A stretch of DNA of 63,854 nucleotides, filler included, from Octopus bimaculoides (lineage: Eukaryota), in the NCBI RefSeq assembly GCF_001194135.2. It is 8 parts of 6 records of this genome, joined end to end, with 100 filler letters (N's around TTAATTAATTAA, not from the genome) between each part and the next. Parts side by side here need not be neighbours in the genome. Positions count along the whole stretch, not along the records: positions 32,308 to 42,961 come from NC_069000.1; positions 43,062 to 52,726 come from NC_069000.1; 6 more parts are not named here. One strand, given 5' to 3'. Each line of letters opens with the position of its first letter. The stretch's first letter is position 1. Positions 35,988 to 49,204 of this stretch are shown piece after piece. Position numbers and translations under genes: made by a program. The notes under the pieces were generated by a model that ran no database searches, had not been told where the DNA came from, and saw only the letters and a list, made by a program, of their open reading frames with translations.

Positions 35988-37210
35988 GTGACCTTCATTG
36001 GGCAGTGTGCCAAGTGAGATCACTGTGCTTACTTCGCAAGTTTTTTTAATTTGTGTTTTTGTGATCACGTGTATGCTATAGTTTACGATTTTTGTCATGG
36101 ACAGGAACAAAGAGCCAACGTGAACATTTGCGTTAAACTTGGGAAGACTGCTTCAGAGACATTGGACATGCTTCGGCAAGGTTACGGTGATGAGGTAATG
36201 TGTCATACGCAATGTTTCGAGTGGTACGGGCGTTTCAACCCTTCTTCAGATCGTAAGCTGATTCAATATATATCATAGTCGATAGATGTACTCAGTGAAT
36301 TACCATATGTGGTTCGCTTTAAGGAAGCAATTCCCGCAGATCAATAAAAATTCAAAGAAAGAAGCTATTGATAAATTCAATAAAGTCAAAATCTCCCCCC
36401 CCCCAAAAAAAAAATTAAATAACGTCAAAGGATCAGAAAAAAATCTAAATGTAAATAAAAAGAATATTTATTAAAGAATTGGCTTCTAAACAAAATATGC
36501 TAACTAAAATAGATCTATTTTCTAAAGAAAGATAGGCTGACCATCCCAGGAGAAAAGAAAAGGTTTAGAAATCAAATAGGAAGGCTTAAATTGTTGGAAT
36601 TTCACGCACTGTTGATTTTGAAGGATAGAGGCGTTATCTTAAGATATCAACATCCACAAATACACACATTATGTGAATATTTACAAACACATTTACACAT
36701 ACAGATACATTCATATATGAATATTAACAAGCACGTTCATGCACATTTATAGATATACCCACGTTCACGCACACGCACACACACACACATACACACGCAC
36801 ACGCACATACACATATTCTTGTACAAAACACCAATGTCAAAGAAGTAATTTAAGATAGTAGAAGATCAATAATTGGTTCAATGGACCAAAACAGATTATA
36901 GTGTTACTCACGTGTATCGATACATAAAACTTTGAATACACATAAAGAGAGAGACGATATACACGCAAATATTTCCATACGCCGTTTCAGAATATATCAA
37001 GCTGCCGTGCTAACAGTTATAAGATTCAAGACATTTTTTAAATTATATTTACTATTACGTAAGTTATGAATGGAAACAATAAACTAAAGGCGAAGAATGC
37101 TATCAGATTATATAAATAATATAGTTCAAATGTGCAGAAAACAAAAGACAAAGATAGATGAGGGGAAAAACAAGCGGGTATATTAGTTTGACGCTTGGGG
37201 AGAATGAAAA

Positions 37211-37248
37211 GTCTTTGACGTTTCGAGCCTACGCTCTTCGACAAAATG
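37211..37248 (-). ncRNA. Degenerate minimal hammerhead-like motif of a second Penelope-type repeat family
   Basis: The minus strand reads UUGUCGA-A-GAGC[GUAG]GCUC-GAAAC-GUC-AAAGAC. Stem II, GAAAC, the ACGU palindrome and a GUC site are intact, but the CUGANGA box has two substitutions. Confidence 0.35.
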
Positions 37249-38019
37249 AGATGAAAAGAAAAAATGACGAGAGAAAAAATCTGTTGGGATTAACGGTTTA
37301 ACATGATGAAAAAGAGATAAAAATTACTTAACTAAAGTAAAATGGTGTAAGATAAAATAAGGCGAATTAAAGTACGAGAAACATAGATCTAGACGCATTC
37401 AAAAATACTACATTTAGTGTCAACTAGTTGTATTATTATAGCGCTAGATTACTTGCTAATAGTTTTACTTACCAGTAAAAATACAAGAACGATCAACGGC
37501 AAATATATGGATTTTGTATAAGATTTATATGAAATACTTGTACCAAATTAGTTGGCATGGTAAAGATTAAAGATATCCATCAATTATAATTTACGTATAA
37601 CATTATTCTCTAAAGGAGGTAATGCTAGGCTGCTGTTCAAATAAGCTCAGTCGGACTGGGTTTAAATAAACGAAGTAATGCAGCATAAGATAGAAATGAA
37701 GTAGAAATCCAGAAATAATGAAGATAGAGGTTATAGTAGCCAGAAGGAATGTACCTACAGGGTACACCGTTAATAGTATTAATTGTGCATTTATATGAAG
37801 CAATTGCATCAATAGGTTCGTATTGTACAGAAAAGATATGCAGTATATATGCGGGAAATTTATTATTACCTCAGCTGGTTGGTTGATAACACTTGATTTA
37901 TACTTAATTATTTGATGTTTCCGATATGCACAAATTGCATCGTTACAAACTTTGTACCGTTGTGCTTCGCTTATAATGGGCCACGCAATTTTATATTCGA
38001 TTCAGTAAGCATCCATAGA

Positions 38020-38100
<81 letters not shown>

Positions 38101-39757
38101 CTTTGCGTTCTCCATCAATTGCAGCCAGACGCAAAAAATACACAGCGTAGGACAATTATTGTTGTCGATCACTGTTACTATCATTGTCATCGTGATGATC
38201 TTATTTTTCTTTATAATGATCGCGATACTGATAGCCATGACTATTATAGAGTGTTGTAAGATACAAGCGAAATACATGCTGTTGGCTGTAATTAAATCGC
38301 AGCCACAGATGTTTTTGAAAACCAAGAAATATTTTTCTGTAAAAGACCCGTAGCTATAATGACAAAGACCAAGCAATATGACCTTACTGCAGGCGATACA
38401 TTCTCTAAATTAAATTAACGTGAACGTATTTATTACAGGGAACATTAAAACTCCAGCTAAAAACAATTGTGTTGAGGCAAAAATAAAACAATGTTATTCG
38501 GTTATTAATAGTGATTTCATTTTTTCGCTCAAGAACAGAGGATAACTCTGGCCATGTTTCCTTTTTATTTAGATCTCATCAACAAAGGTATTGGATTACA
38601 ACTTTGAATTATTTATTCTCTCATTTGGTTTCGAAACTTCGGTTTTTTTCCTTAATATATTTTTTTTATCTTCACCGATAATGTCAAAAAGACTACAATG
38701 GACATAAATATTTAATATGAGTTTCCAATTTTGGCACGAGGCCAGCAATTTCGGGGGAAGGGGTTAAGTCGATTACATTGACACCCAGTGCTCAACTGCT
38801 ACTTATTTTATCGACACTGGAAGGATGAAAGGCAAAGATGATCTCGGCGGAATTTGATCTCAGAATGTAAACACGGAAGAAATGCCGGTAAGAATTTTGC
38901 CTGGCGTGCTAACGATTCTGCCAGCTCGCCGCCTTATACACGTATTTAGTATTTAATATGTTATTTATTCTTGCTATAATCTACTATTGAAGCAACGTTA
39001 CTGATATACACGGTAATACCCTCTTGCTTTAATCATCTGCTACTACACAGGATGATTTATAATGTTTGGTCACCGACCACCCGTCTTAGTTTATATGATA
39101 CCAATAAGAGACAGAACTTAACCAGGCCATATCAAACTATATAAGTAAATATCTTCTTGGAAAATACCTCAGAAATATATTTGATTGACTCTGAAATGTA
39201 GCTTTAACAGTAATCGAATATAGTAATCCTAATATAGTAATTTAACAGTAATCCTTATAAATATTCCGAAGCCATTGTAATAAGTTCTATATTAACTGAT
39301 CCACGGAGAGGGTCATATATATAGTACTATTGACTATTATTATTTTCAGTTGGATTTATGTCGTGTCGTAAAGCAATATACTTATCTTCTCCAAAAAAAA
39401 AAAAATGTACATGGTCGATTGATCTGCTTAAAATAGCAACCAAATCCCCATGATTTTGTTCAGCAGACTTAATGCTTCGATAGTATCATCTTGCCTTTTG
39501 GTACCTTTTGCAATAGTCACTGCTTCAAGCATTTGGCCTCGGTTTCCGGTCTGATGATAAGGTTCTCTCTTTCTCCCATCATTCTTGATATCCCTGAAAA
39601 GGGTCATATATGGGTGCTACCTTTACTCCTTTCATAATCTAACGGAAAATAAAAATAAAGAGGACCTTCAGTTTGAAGCAATATTCAAGTACTGAAAATT
39701 CTGCGTCAGTCTCTTAATGAAAATCAAACAGACACTTTTTAACTCTTTGTCCTACAG

Positions 39758-39824
39758 TTTAGATAAAATCGTTCACCGTATTTTCGTCGACAATCTTCAT
39801 TGGATGAGATTTATCCGCTACTAA
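39758..39824 (+). CDS. Possible terminal coding exon: LDKIVHRIFVDNLHWMRFIRY*
   Basis: Strong acceptor ctttttaactctttgtcctacag; phase-2 start and TAA at 39822-39824. Confidence 0.3.
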
Positions 39825-40400
39825 GAAGTTGAACCCTCGGCCCTGTCACCACACCATGATTATTCGTCTGGCCTGAATGAAATCAGGAACTGGATTTAAT
39901 ATCAAGGACGACGGAGATGGTCACGTACATTCTTGGCGGGTATTTCAAATACCTTATCTAAACTCACTGGAGCAATCGACTAGAGCATGCTAAGCAAACA
40001 AAACACTTCTTACTTACATTGCCTCCGCTCTTTATTTTGTTGATAGATAGCTACATAGGATAGCCATTGTGACTTGCATTTTGGCCGTCAATGCAGCCTT
40101 TTATTTGACCGACACTTCGGTTACTCACCGACTTTGTTTGTTGCAGTTCCAACATGTGCGTGAGACAGTAGAAAGAAAGCGAGCAGGCGAGAGAAAGAGA
40201 AAGAGAAAGAGGGACAGAGGTGGGGATGGAGAGAGAGAAAAGGCAGATAACAAAAGAAAAGAAAACCTATATATGATGAGAGAGCAGCAGAGCGAGAGAA
40301 AGGGGGAGACGAAGAGAGAAGTCGTTGAGTGTGTGTGTGTGTGAATCTATATATGTGTGTGCGTGAATTTATGTGTGTGTGTGTGTGTGTGTCTGTGTGT

Positions 40401-40458
<58 letters not shown>

Positions 40459-40830
40459 NNNNNNNNNNNNNNNNNNNNNNNNNNNNNNNNNNNNNNNNNN
40501 NNNNNNNNNNNNNNNNNNNNNNNNNNNNNNNNNNNNNNNNNNNNNNNNNNNNNNNNNNNNNNNNNNNNNNNNNNNNNNNNNNNNNNNNNNNNNNNNNNNN
40601 NNNNNNNNNNNNNNNNNNNNNNNNNNNNNNNNNNNNNNNNNNNNNNNNNNNNNATATGTCTGCCTGTGTGTGCGCGCGTGAGTGTGTGTGTGTATATGTA
40701 TGTTTGTGCGTGCATTTGTGTGTCGGCCTGTCTGTGTATGTGTGTGCATTTGTGTGCATGTGTGCGTGTGCGTTTGTGTGTGCGCGTTTGTGTAAGTTTG
40801 TGTGTGTGCGCGCGCGCGTTTATGTGTGTA

Positions 40831-40871
<41 letters not shown>

Positions 40872-41821
40872 CTTCCCAGTAGTCTTTTGTTTTTGGCACA
40901 GAGTCTGACACTTCAATTGCTGAAATGGATTACACAGGGCGATTTATGTGTAAATAACGTTGTAAAGCAAACAACAGCATTTATTTAAAACTAATACGTT
41001 TCTTCGAACGTACGCATGTATGTATTTATATATACAGCAACCGTAATGAGAGAGTAAGTTAGGGAGTGAGTGATTGAGTGAATGAGTGAGTGAGTGAGTG
41101 AGAGAGTGAGAGAGATTGGGTATCAAAGGAGGAGTGACTTGAGTATGAACGAGAAAGATGAAGAAAATGTCAAAGAAACATAGAGAGAGGAGGAGGACGA
41201 AAAAGAGAGACACAGGGAGAATCAGAAAGAGGGGGAGAGTCAGAAAGAGAGGGAGAGAGAGACAGATGAAACGTAAATAGTGAAGCAGGAACAGACATCG
41301 TTTATTTTTGGATTATGTCAGGTAAACTGCGACACATGGCTACCTCAGACCATTGCTGTTTGCCATGTGCCTCAAGCTGGTTGGCTGGCTAGATAGTTGA
41401 CTAACAAACTAACATGGTTAACAGGCAAGCTGGCTAGAAGCTTTATTGCTTTAAAACTAAAGACAGAAAAACAGGGAATGAGTAATTCAATATATTGTGA
41501 AAGCTAAAGGAGAGAGAAAAAAACAAAAAGTAACAAAGAAAAAGAGAGGAAAAAAAATTACTTTTCCCTACGATGTGAACATGAATACATTTAAACTCGA
41601 CAATCCGAATCTGACGGGGCTGTTTGCAATTCAAAGGGAATTCTATATGATAACTAAGCAATGGAAGAATGGCGAAAGATATTATGTGATAGACCGAGGT
41701 GGGTGGGGTGAACTTTTATAGTACTGGAGCGGCAGACAGATGGGATCAACGTTTGATCAAAGTAGACGTACTGCAAAGAAACAGACGTACTGCGACTCTC
41801 TCTCTCGCACACACATACACA

Positions 41822-41866
<45 letters not shown>

Positions 41867-43061
41867 CTCACTCCCTCTCTCTCTCTTTCTCTCTCTCTCT
41901 CCTCACTCCCTCTCTCTATCATTATTTCTCTTCGTCTCTCTCTTCCTCTGTCTCCGCTCATATCTCTCTCTCGCTATTTTCTCTTTCTGTCTCGATTTCC
42001 CCTTTCTTTTATTTATGCGCCATTTTGTTACAGTGTTGCCTATACTAAACACCCTTAGTTAATTGCTTTCGTTTGCTTTTATCCATGTCTACACTAACAA
42101 AATATGAGGGATTATATTATAGTGTAATACCTCAAGGGGAATATTTCAATGAATGAACGAAGGCTCTAACATAGAAGCAGACAGGTACAAGACATCAAAA
42201 TAGTTTATGAACATTTCGTTAATGTTTGATATTACTGAGACTAAAGTTAATATCAGGCTCAAACATGGAAAACCTTGTTTATTCAATCCTCCAGCCCCTC
42301 TGTCTACATCCGCTTTCAACTCTTTCTCTCTCTGTCTCGCCCTCTCTTCTCCCTCTCCCTCCCTCTCTCCTTCCTCCTCTCTCTCTTCTCTACTTCGTCA
42401 CCATTCATTATCATTTCTCTCTCCTTCTCGTAAGACCTACTAATTTACCGCTTTGTTTAATCCATAATGGAGAATTAGCAATGTTTCTTTATCATTTCTA
42501 CTGAGCGAATTTGAAGCTATAATGATCATTAATCGGGGAAACGATAATTTGAATTAATCGGTATCTTTAAGGTTTATTGTAAAACGAGATCACTGAGGTA
42601 TATTAGGTTTTCAGAAGCTGATATGCCGAAGTTACGAAACGGTATCTTAGTTATATCTCTTGCAATTTAATGCCAGTCATCGTTTGATTAGGTTGTATAC
42701 TTGGACATTGTTTATGGCAGTCACATAATTAGGGAATTAAGTAATTATGATAATTATGTAGTAACTGACAAAGTTATTATATGATGAATCAAGATATAAT
42801 ATCAACGGTGAACAGCCAATTATGATGATGATGACGACGATGTTGATGATAATGATGCTGATAATGATGAGGAGGAGGAGAGGGAGGGGAGAAGAAGAAG
42901 AAGAAGAAGAAGAAGAAGAAGAAGAAGAAGAAGAAGAAGAAGAAGAAGAAGAAGAAGAAGANNNNNNNNNNNNNNNNNNNNNNNNNNNNNNNNNNNNNNN
43001 NNNNNTTAATTAATTAANNNNNNNNNNNNNNNNNNNNNNNNNNNNNNNNNNNNNNNNNNNN

Positions 43062-43104
<43 letters not shown>

Positions 43105-45094
43105 CTATGTATATATGTGTTTGTGTGTCTGTGTGTGTGTGTATTTATGTGTGTGTGGCTTTGTCTCTATGTTTGTCCCACCACCACCACCACCACCATC
43201 ACTTGACATCTGATGTTGGTGTGTTCGCGTCTCCGTAACTTAGCGGTTCAGGAAAGGAGATTCATAGAAAAAGTACCAGGCTTACAAAAATGAGTTGTAC
43301 CTGTAATTCAAAGGGGCCAGCCTTCTCATGTCCTGTGTCACACTGAATCTGCATGAGAACTACGTTAAGGGTACACGTGTCTGTGGAGTACTCAGCCACT
43401 TGCACGTTAGCTTCACGAGCAGGTGGTTGTTCCGTTGATCAGGATCAACTGGATGCCTCTTCCTCGTAACCTACAGAGTACCCGTATGTGCATCCCACGT
43501 TGCAATCGTCTTAGCTTCAACACGTGATCTCAGATTAAATTACTTTACAGGCAAGTAAACCTCCGTAGCATTATATAAATGTAATCTTAAATATGCAGAA
43601 AGAAGGAGCTGTCGTGATTGGAAACATTCTGAGTATAGGTGGTCTTTGTCAGATTTCACCTTTAGCCAAATAACAACAGCAACAACAACAGCAACAGCAA
43701 CAACAGAAATAATAGCGATTCTCATCAATGCTATTGTGACCAATATGGACGCCATTAAATTGTGTGCAACGAATAGCATTGACGTCGACTTATTTCCGGT
43801 CCGTTAATTGATATTTCGTTTCATTGTATATTAAGGTCTTCAGACATTGTCTGTAGCTAAAATAACCAGTAGCTGTTGGTTATCCACATAAGCGTATGTG
43901 GATGGCTATTGGCTAACTACACGATATCACACACACACACACACACAAACGTGCGTAGAGATTTCAAAGATTATTGCTGTCATGCCGCCTACTGCAGATA
44001 TCAACATTGTTATCGTGCAATCATGAACAAACATTAATTAAAATTTAATAAAACAAAAAAAAAACTAAATGCATAGATAAAATAAAAGGAGTGGAAGTAT
44101 GAGGTGGAGCTGGGTGGAAGTGTAGAACAAATGAAGGAGGCATACGGAGCAAAGTAAACAAAATGAGATAAATCAATTTTATCCAGTCCTCATCAGCAGT
44201 GACTGGAATTACATCCTACAGTGTCATTCACAATTATTGACATCTAATAAAGCTCTTGCTGAACTGGTCATGTTACTGTCAAAACATACTTAATTATTAC
44301 GACATATATATGTGTGTGTGTGTGTGTGTATACATATATACGTATATATATATATATATATATACATATATANNNNNNNNNNNNNNNNNNNNNNNNNNNN
44401 NNNNNNNNNNNNNNNNNNNNNNNNNNNNNNNNNNNNNNNNNNNNNNNNNNNNNNNNNNNNNNNNNNNNNNNNNNNNNNNNNNNNNNNNNNNNNNNNNNNN
44501 NNNNNNNNNNNNNNNNNNNNNNNNNNNNNNNNNNNNNNNNNNNNNNNNNNNNNNNNNNNNNNNNNNNNNNNNNNNNNNNNNNNNNNNNNNNNNNNNNNNN
44601 NNNNNNNNNNNNNNNNNNNNNNNNNNNNNNNNNNNNNNNNNNNNNNNNNNNNNNNNNNNNNNNNNNNNNNNNNNNNNNNNNNNNNNNNNNNNNNNNNNNN
44701 NNNNNNNNNNNNNNNNNNNNNNNNNNNNNNNNNNNNNNNNNNNNNNNNNNNNNNNNNNNNNNNNNNNNNNNNNNNNNNNNNNNNNNNNNNNNNNNNNNNN
44801 NNNNNNNNNNNNNNNNNNNNNNNNNNNNNNNNNNNNNNNNNNNNNNNNNNNNNNNNNNNNNNNNNNNNNNNNNNNNNNNNNNNNNNNNNNNNNNNNNNNN
44901 NNNNNNNNNNNNNNNNNNNNNNNNNNNNNNNNNNNNNNNNNNNNNNNNNNNNNNNNNNNNNNNNNNNNNNNNNNNNNNNNNNNNNNNNNNNNNNNNNNNN
45001 NNNNNNNNNNNNNNNNNNNNNNNNNNNNNNNNNNNNNNNNNNNNNNNNNNNNNNNNNNNNNNNNNNNNNNNNNNNNNNNNNNNNNNNNNNNNNN

Positions 45095-45158
<64 letters not shown>

Positions 45159-46066
45159 ACGCGTGCGCGCGCGATCACATATCAAAACCATCTCTGATCC
45201 AACAACAAAGAAACCCATCTGTTTATAAAAATTCAGCATACTCGTAATAACAACCGGTCGTCTTAAAAGTAGAGAGCAAAGTTTTCATAAAGCAGTCCAA
45301 GATATTTGGAGGAGAAAGGAACTGCTTGATCTTAAAAGGAATATCTCTGATCCCAGTCTTTCAGAATCATGAGTGAACTAAAGGTTATTCAACCACAACA
45401 ACATCTTGTCTTTAGTGGGCGGTATCTCAAAGTTTTGAATCCAGGAAAATAAAGACACAAATTTAAGAGAACAAAACCGAATTAACAGAACAAAAGCCCT
45501 CCATTAATGGCCGATAGCAGCTTTTATGTTTCTGAATGAGATATTCCTTTTGTGAACGACATCAATAAAATATTATTATAGAAAGCAAAGCATTAGCAGA
45601 TTTCTTCAACTCTTCAGTCATTGGTTTGTGTGTTATTTCACATATGCACTGTACTGCGCAAGTTTGCACTGGACTGTATGACAATGCATTGGACTGCATG
45701 ACACTGCACTTTAATATAAGAAAGACACTGTAGTTTTTTTGTTAAGGGCTCAAGACGTTTGAGGGAAATATTAAAGAATGAAATACAGCACACAATAAGT
45801 GGGGTGGAGGGAGGGAGTTATCTCGATGGAAAAAAAGGAAGCCAACGAAAATAAAAGATATAACGAAAGATGAAAAATAAATTTCAGAAAATAATTAAGG
45901 CGCTGACGTGATTGTGTGGAAAGAAGCTTGCTTCCCGACCACATGGTTCTTGGTTCAGTCCCACTGCGTGGCAACTTGGTCCAGAATTTTCTTCTTTAGC
46001 CTCGGGCCGACCACAGCTTTGTGAGTGCATTTGGTAGACAGAAAATGAAAGAGGCCCGTCGTATAC

Positions 46067-46117
<51 letters not shown>

Positions 46118-46621
46118 TTATACTCATATATTTATGCATACAAATATGTGTGTGTGTCATATATATACATATATTTATATATTATACAAATATACATAAC
46201 CCCCCCACCTCGTACTCACACGCATACACACGTTCACGCGCACGCGCGCTGGTAACTATAAGCAACAATCTTTCGTTACGTACTTCGTAACAACCGATAT
46301 TCTTGGCAGTATCTTATTCTGTTATTCTCTCATTCCTTAATTCCTTAATTCCTACCATTCCTTCAATCGCTCAATTAACACATTCTTACATTCCTTACTT
46401 CATTGAATCATTCAATCGTTCGCTTTTTCCTTCTTTCATTCAATCATTCATTCATTCATAAAAACCAACACAAATGCTCTGGCTGGCCTAAAGCAGGAAT
46501 CACTGAAGCGTGACTAAACCGCTAGATTAACGATAATCAATGAGGCAAAACAGATGCCAGAGAAATAATAGTGTAGATGGTAGAAATTCGATGAGTCAGC
46601 CCGGGCTACCAGACTGAGTGT

Positions 46622-46660
<39 letters not shown>

Positions 46661-47605
46661 ATGGCGTGAGTCAGCAGGAGGGAATGAGCGAGGGCGGTGG
46701 GGTAGGCGGCGAGGGGTTTGGTGTCGAAGGGAGGGAGGGAGGNNNNNNNNNNNNNNNNNNNNNNNNNNNNNNNNNNNNNNNNNNNNNNNNNNNNNNNNNN
46801 NNNNNNNNNNNNNNNNNNNNNNNNNNNNNNNNNNNNNNNNNNNNNNNNNNNNNNNNNNNNNNNNNNNNNNNNNNNNNNNNNNNNNNNNNNNNNNNNNNNN
46901 NNNNNNNNNNNNNNNNNNNNNNNNNNNNNNNNNNNNNNNNNNNNNNNNNNNNNNNNNNNNNNNNNNNNNNNNNNNNNNNNNNNNNNNNNNNNNNNNNNNN
47001 NNNNNNNNNNNNNNNNNNNNNNNNNNNNNNNNNNNNNNNNNNNNNNNNNNNNNNNNNNNNNNNNNNNNNNNNNNNNNNNNNNNNNNNNNNNNNNNNNNNN
47101 NNNNNNNNNNNNNNNNNNNNNNNNNNNNNNNNNNNNNNNNNNNNNNNNNNNNNNNNNNNNNNNNNNNNNNNNNNNNNNNNNNNNNNNNNNNNNNNNNNNN
47201 NNNNNNNNNNNNNNNNNNNNNNNNNNNNNNNNNNNNNNNNNNNNNNNNNNNNNNNNNNNNNNNNNNNNNNNNNNNNNNNNNNNNNNNNNNNNNNNNNNNN
47301 NNNNNNNNNNNNNNNNNNNNNNNNNNNNNNNNNNNNNNNNNNNNNNNNNNNNNNNNNNNNNNNNNNNNNNNNNNNNNNNNNNNNNNNNNNNNNNNNNNNN
47401 NNNNNNNNNNNNNNNNNNNNNNNNNNNNNNNNNNNNNNNNNNNNNNNNNNNNNGATCCCTTAATTATGTTTATAAATGTATATGAACTTTTAAATAAGTT
47501 CTCCACCGATAATGGTGCTTACGTACCGAAGGGCTTGGTAAAAATTATTAATTGTTGATTTATTAATAAATTAATAAATTGATAAACCTTTACCCTTTTA
47601 ATTTG

Positions 47606-47642
<37 letters not shown>

Positions 47643-47846
47643 TGTATATACACACATATGTACATACATACATATGTATGTATGTAGGTATGCATATGTG
47701 GGTACAGGACGTCACAAAACGTAAACAACATGAAATACGAAAGCAACGTTGGATACGCAAACAAGAGAAACAAATGGGAAACAAGACAAGTAACATAAAA
47801 AACGACCCTTCATCAGTTGTCAGCTGTCCTTCTACTCCTTATTTCG

Positions 47847-47942
<96 letters not shown>

Positions 47943-48121
47943 GTGTGTGCGTGTGTGTGTGTGTGCGCACACACACACACACACACACATGAAAGAAGTA
48001 AATAGATACCTTTAATTTTCAAAATTTCTGATCTAAGTGTTTTCAGCGGTGTAGAATTTACAATGTAATTATTCTTTTTCATTGCAGGTGCCATTATATT
48101 AAACCTTTGCGATGAGTAACC

Positions 48122-48271
48122 ATGCCACGCACAAAATATTCAGCAGAACTGTCAGATTTTCAAAGAGGTCGTATTGTTGGGCAATCTGAGGCTGGTCTTA
48201 GCCAGCGAAAAATTGCCGAAAATCTTCAAATTCCTCTTGCTACTGTTAATAGAATTATAGTGCAATTCAAA
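48122..48271 (+). mobile_element. Tc1-family transposase N-terminal (paired-like HTH) fragment, truncated by a SINE
   Basis: MPRTKYSAELSDFQRGRIVGQSEAGLSQRKIAENLQIPLATVNRIIVQFK matches the ELS.FQRG.IVG....G.S.R.IA pattern of Tc1/IS630 DNA-binding domains. Confidence 0.8.
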
Positions 48272-48570
48272 AGCCTTCTCGAGCCATGCTTGGCTCATAA
48301 GGGCCGGTTTCCCGGTTTCCTTGGCGTATAGGTTCCCCACCTGGACGGGACGCCGGTCAGTCACGGGTGAGCTGCTAGATGCAGGAGGAAAGAGTGAGAG
48401 AATGTTGTGGCGAAAGAGTCAGCAGAAGTTCGCCATTACCTTCTGCCGGAGCCGCGTGGAGCTTAGATGCTTTCGCTCATAAACACACACATTGCCCCGT
48501 TTGAGATTCGAACCCAGGATCCCTCGACCGCGAGTCTGCTGCTCTAACCACTAGGCCATGTGCCTCCACA
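48272..48570 (-). mobile_element. tRNA-derived SINE
   Basis: Minus-strand A box TGGCCTAGTGG (48558-48548) and B box GGTTCGAATCT (48514-48504), followed by a body ending GCGTCCCGTCCAGGTGGGG...GAAACCGGGAAACCGGCCC. Confidence 0.75.
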
Positions 48571-49163
48571 AATCAACACATTGCTTGTAGGATAACTTCA
48601 TTTTTTTCTTCGATTTATTTTAATCCTTTCAAATATTCTTTTTCAATTAACACGAAAATTTTTTTAAGCGTAGCGTTTCTTTATGGGGTTTTTTTTTGTT
48701 TTTTTGTTTTTTTGTTTTTTGTCACTGCATTCTTCATCTGCAACATTTGTTTATCGTTTTAGAAATTTGAATAAATTTTGCTTCTTTTCAGAAACATGAT
48801 GATAGAGTGCCAAGACGAATAACAAAAACAAAAAGAAAAGCGAACGAATTTATCTGACAGTTCGATATTTACCAGCAACACTTAAATTATTGATACACAA
48901 AGATAACCATTTTGATCTTTAAATATCTATAACCCTAAGCAACAGTGATGAGCCAATGACTGTTGCTATGCTATATGTATGCGTGTGTGTTATGTATGTG
49001 TTATGTGTGCGTGTGCGTGCGTGTGCGTGCGTGTGCGTGTGTGCATGTCTGTTGTGTGTGCTTGAGTGTACGAGTGTATGTGTGTGGTGTGTGCGTGTGT
49101 AGTGTGCAGTGTGAGTGTTCTGTGTGCTGTATATGTCAGCATATACGTGTGTGTATTTGTTAC

Positions 49164-49204
<41 letters not shown>

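Larger units (their letters stand above)
35292..36238 (+). mobile_element. 5' part of a second mariner element, interrupted by a 599-bp insertion
   Basis: TA followed by CGAGGTGGTATCAAAAGGTTCC (mariner-type terminus). After the insertion comes the transposase N-terminus EQRANVNICVKLGKTASETLDMLRQGYGDEVMCHTQCFEWYGRF (about 36105-36238). Confidence 0.8.

Noticed and set aside
39504-40170. Several minus-strand exon-like segments (donors near 40017 and 40127; DIKNDGRKREPYHQ... at 39596-39504)
   Set aside because: They could not be chained in consistent phases, and I recognise no protein.
48791-48856. Plus-strand acceptor followed by KHDDRVPRRITKTKRKANEFI*
   Set aside because: An isolated candidate with no upstream partner of matching phase identified.
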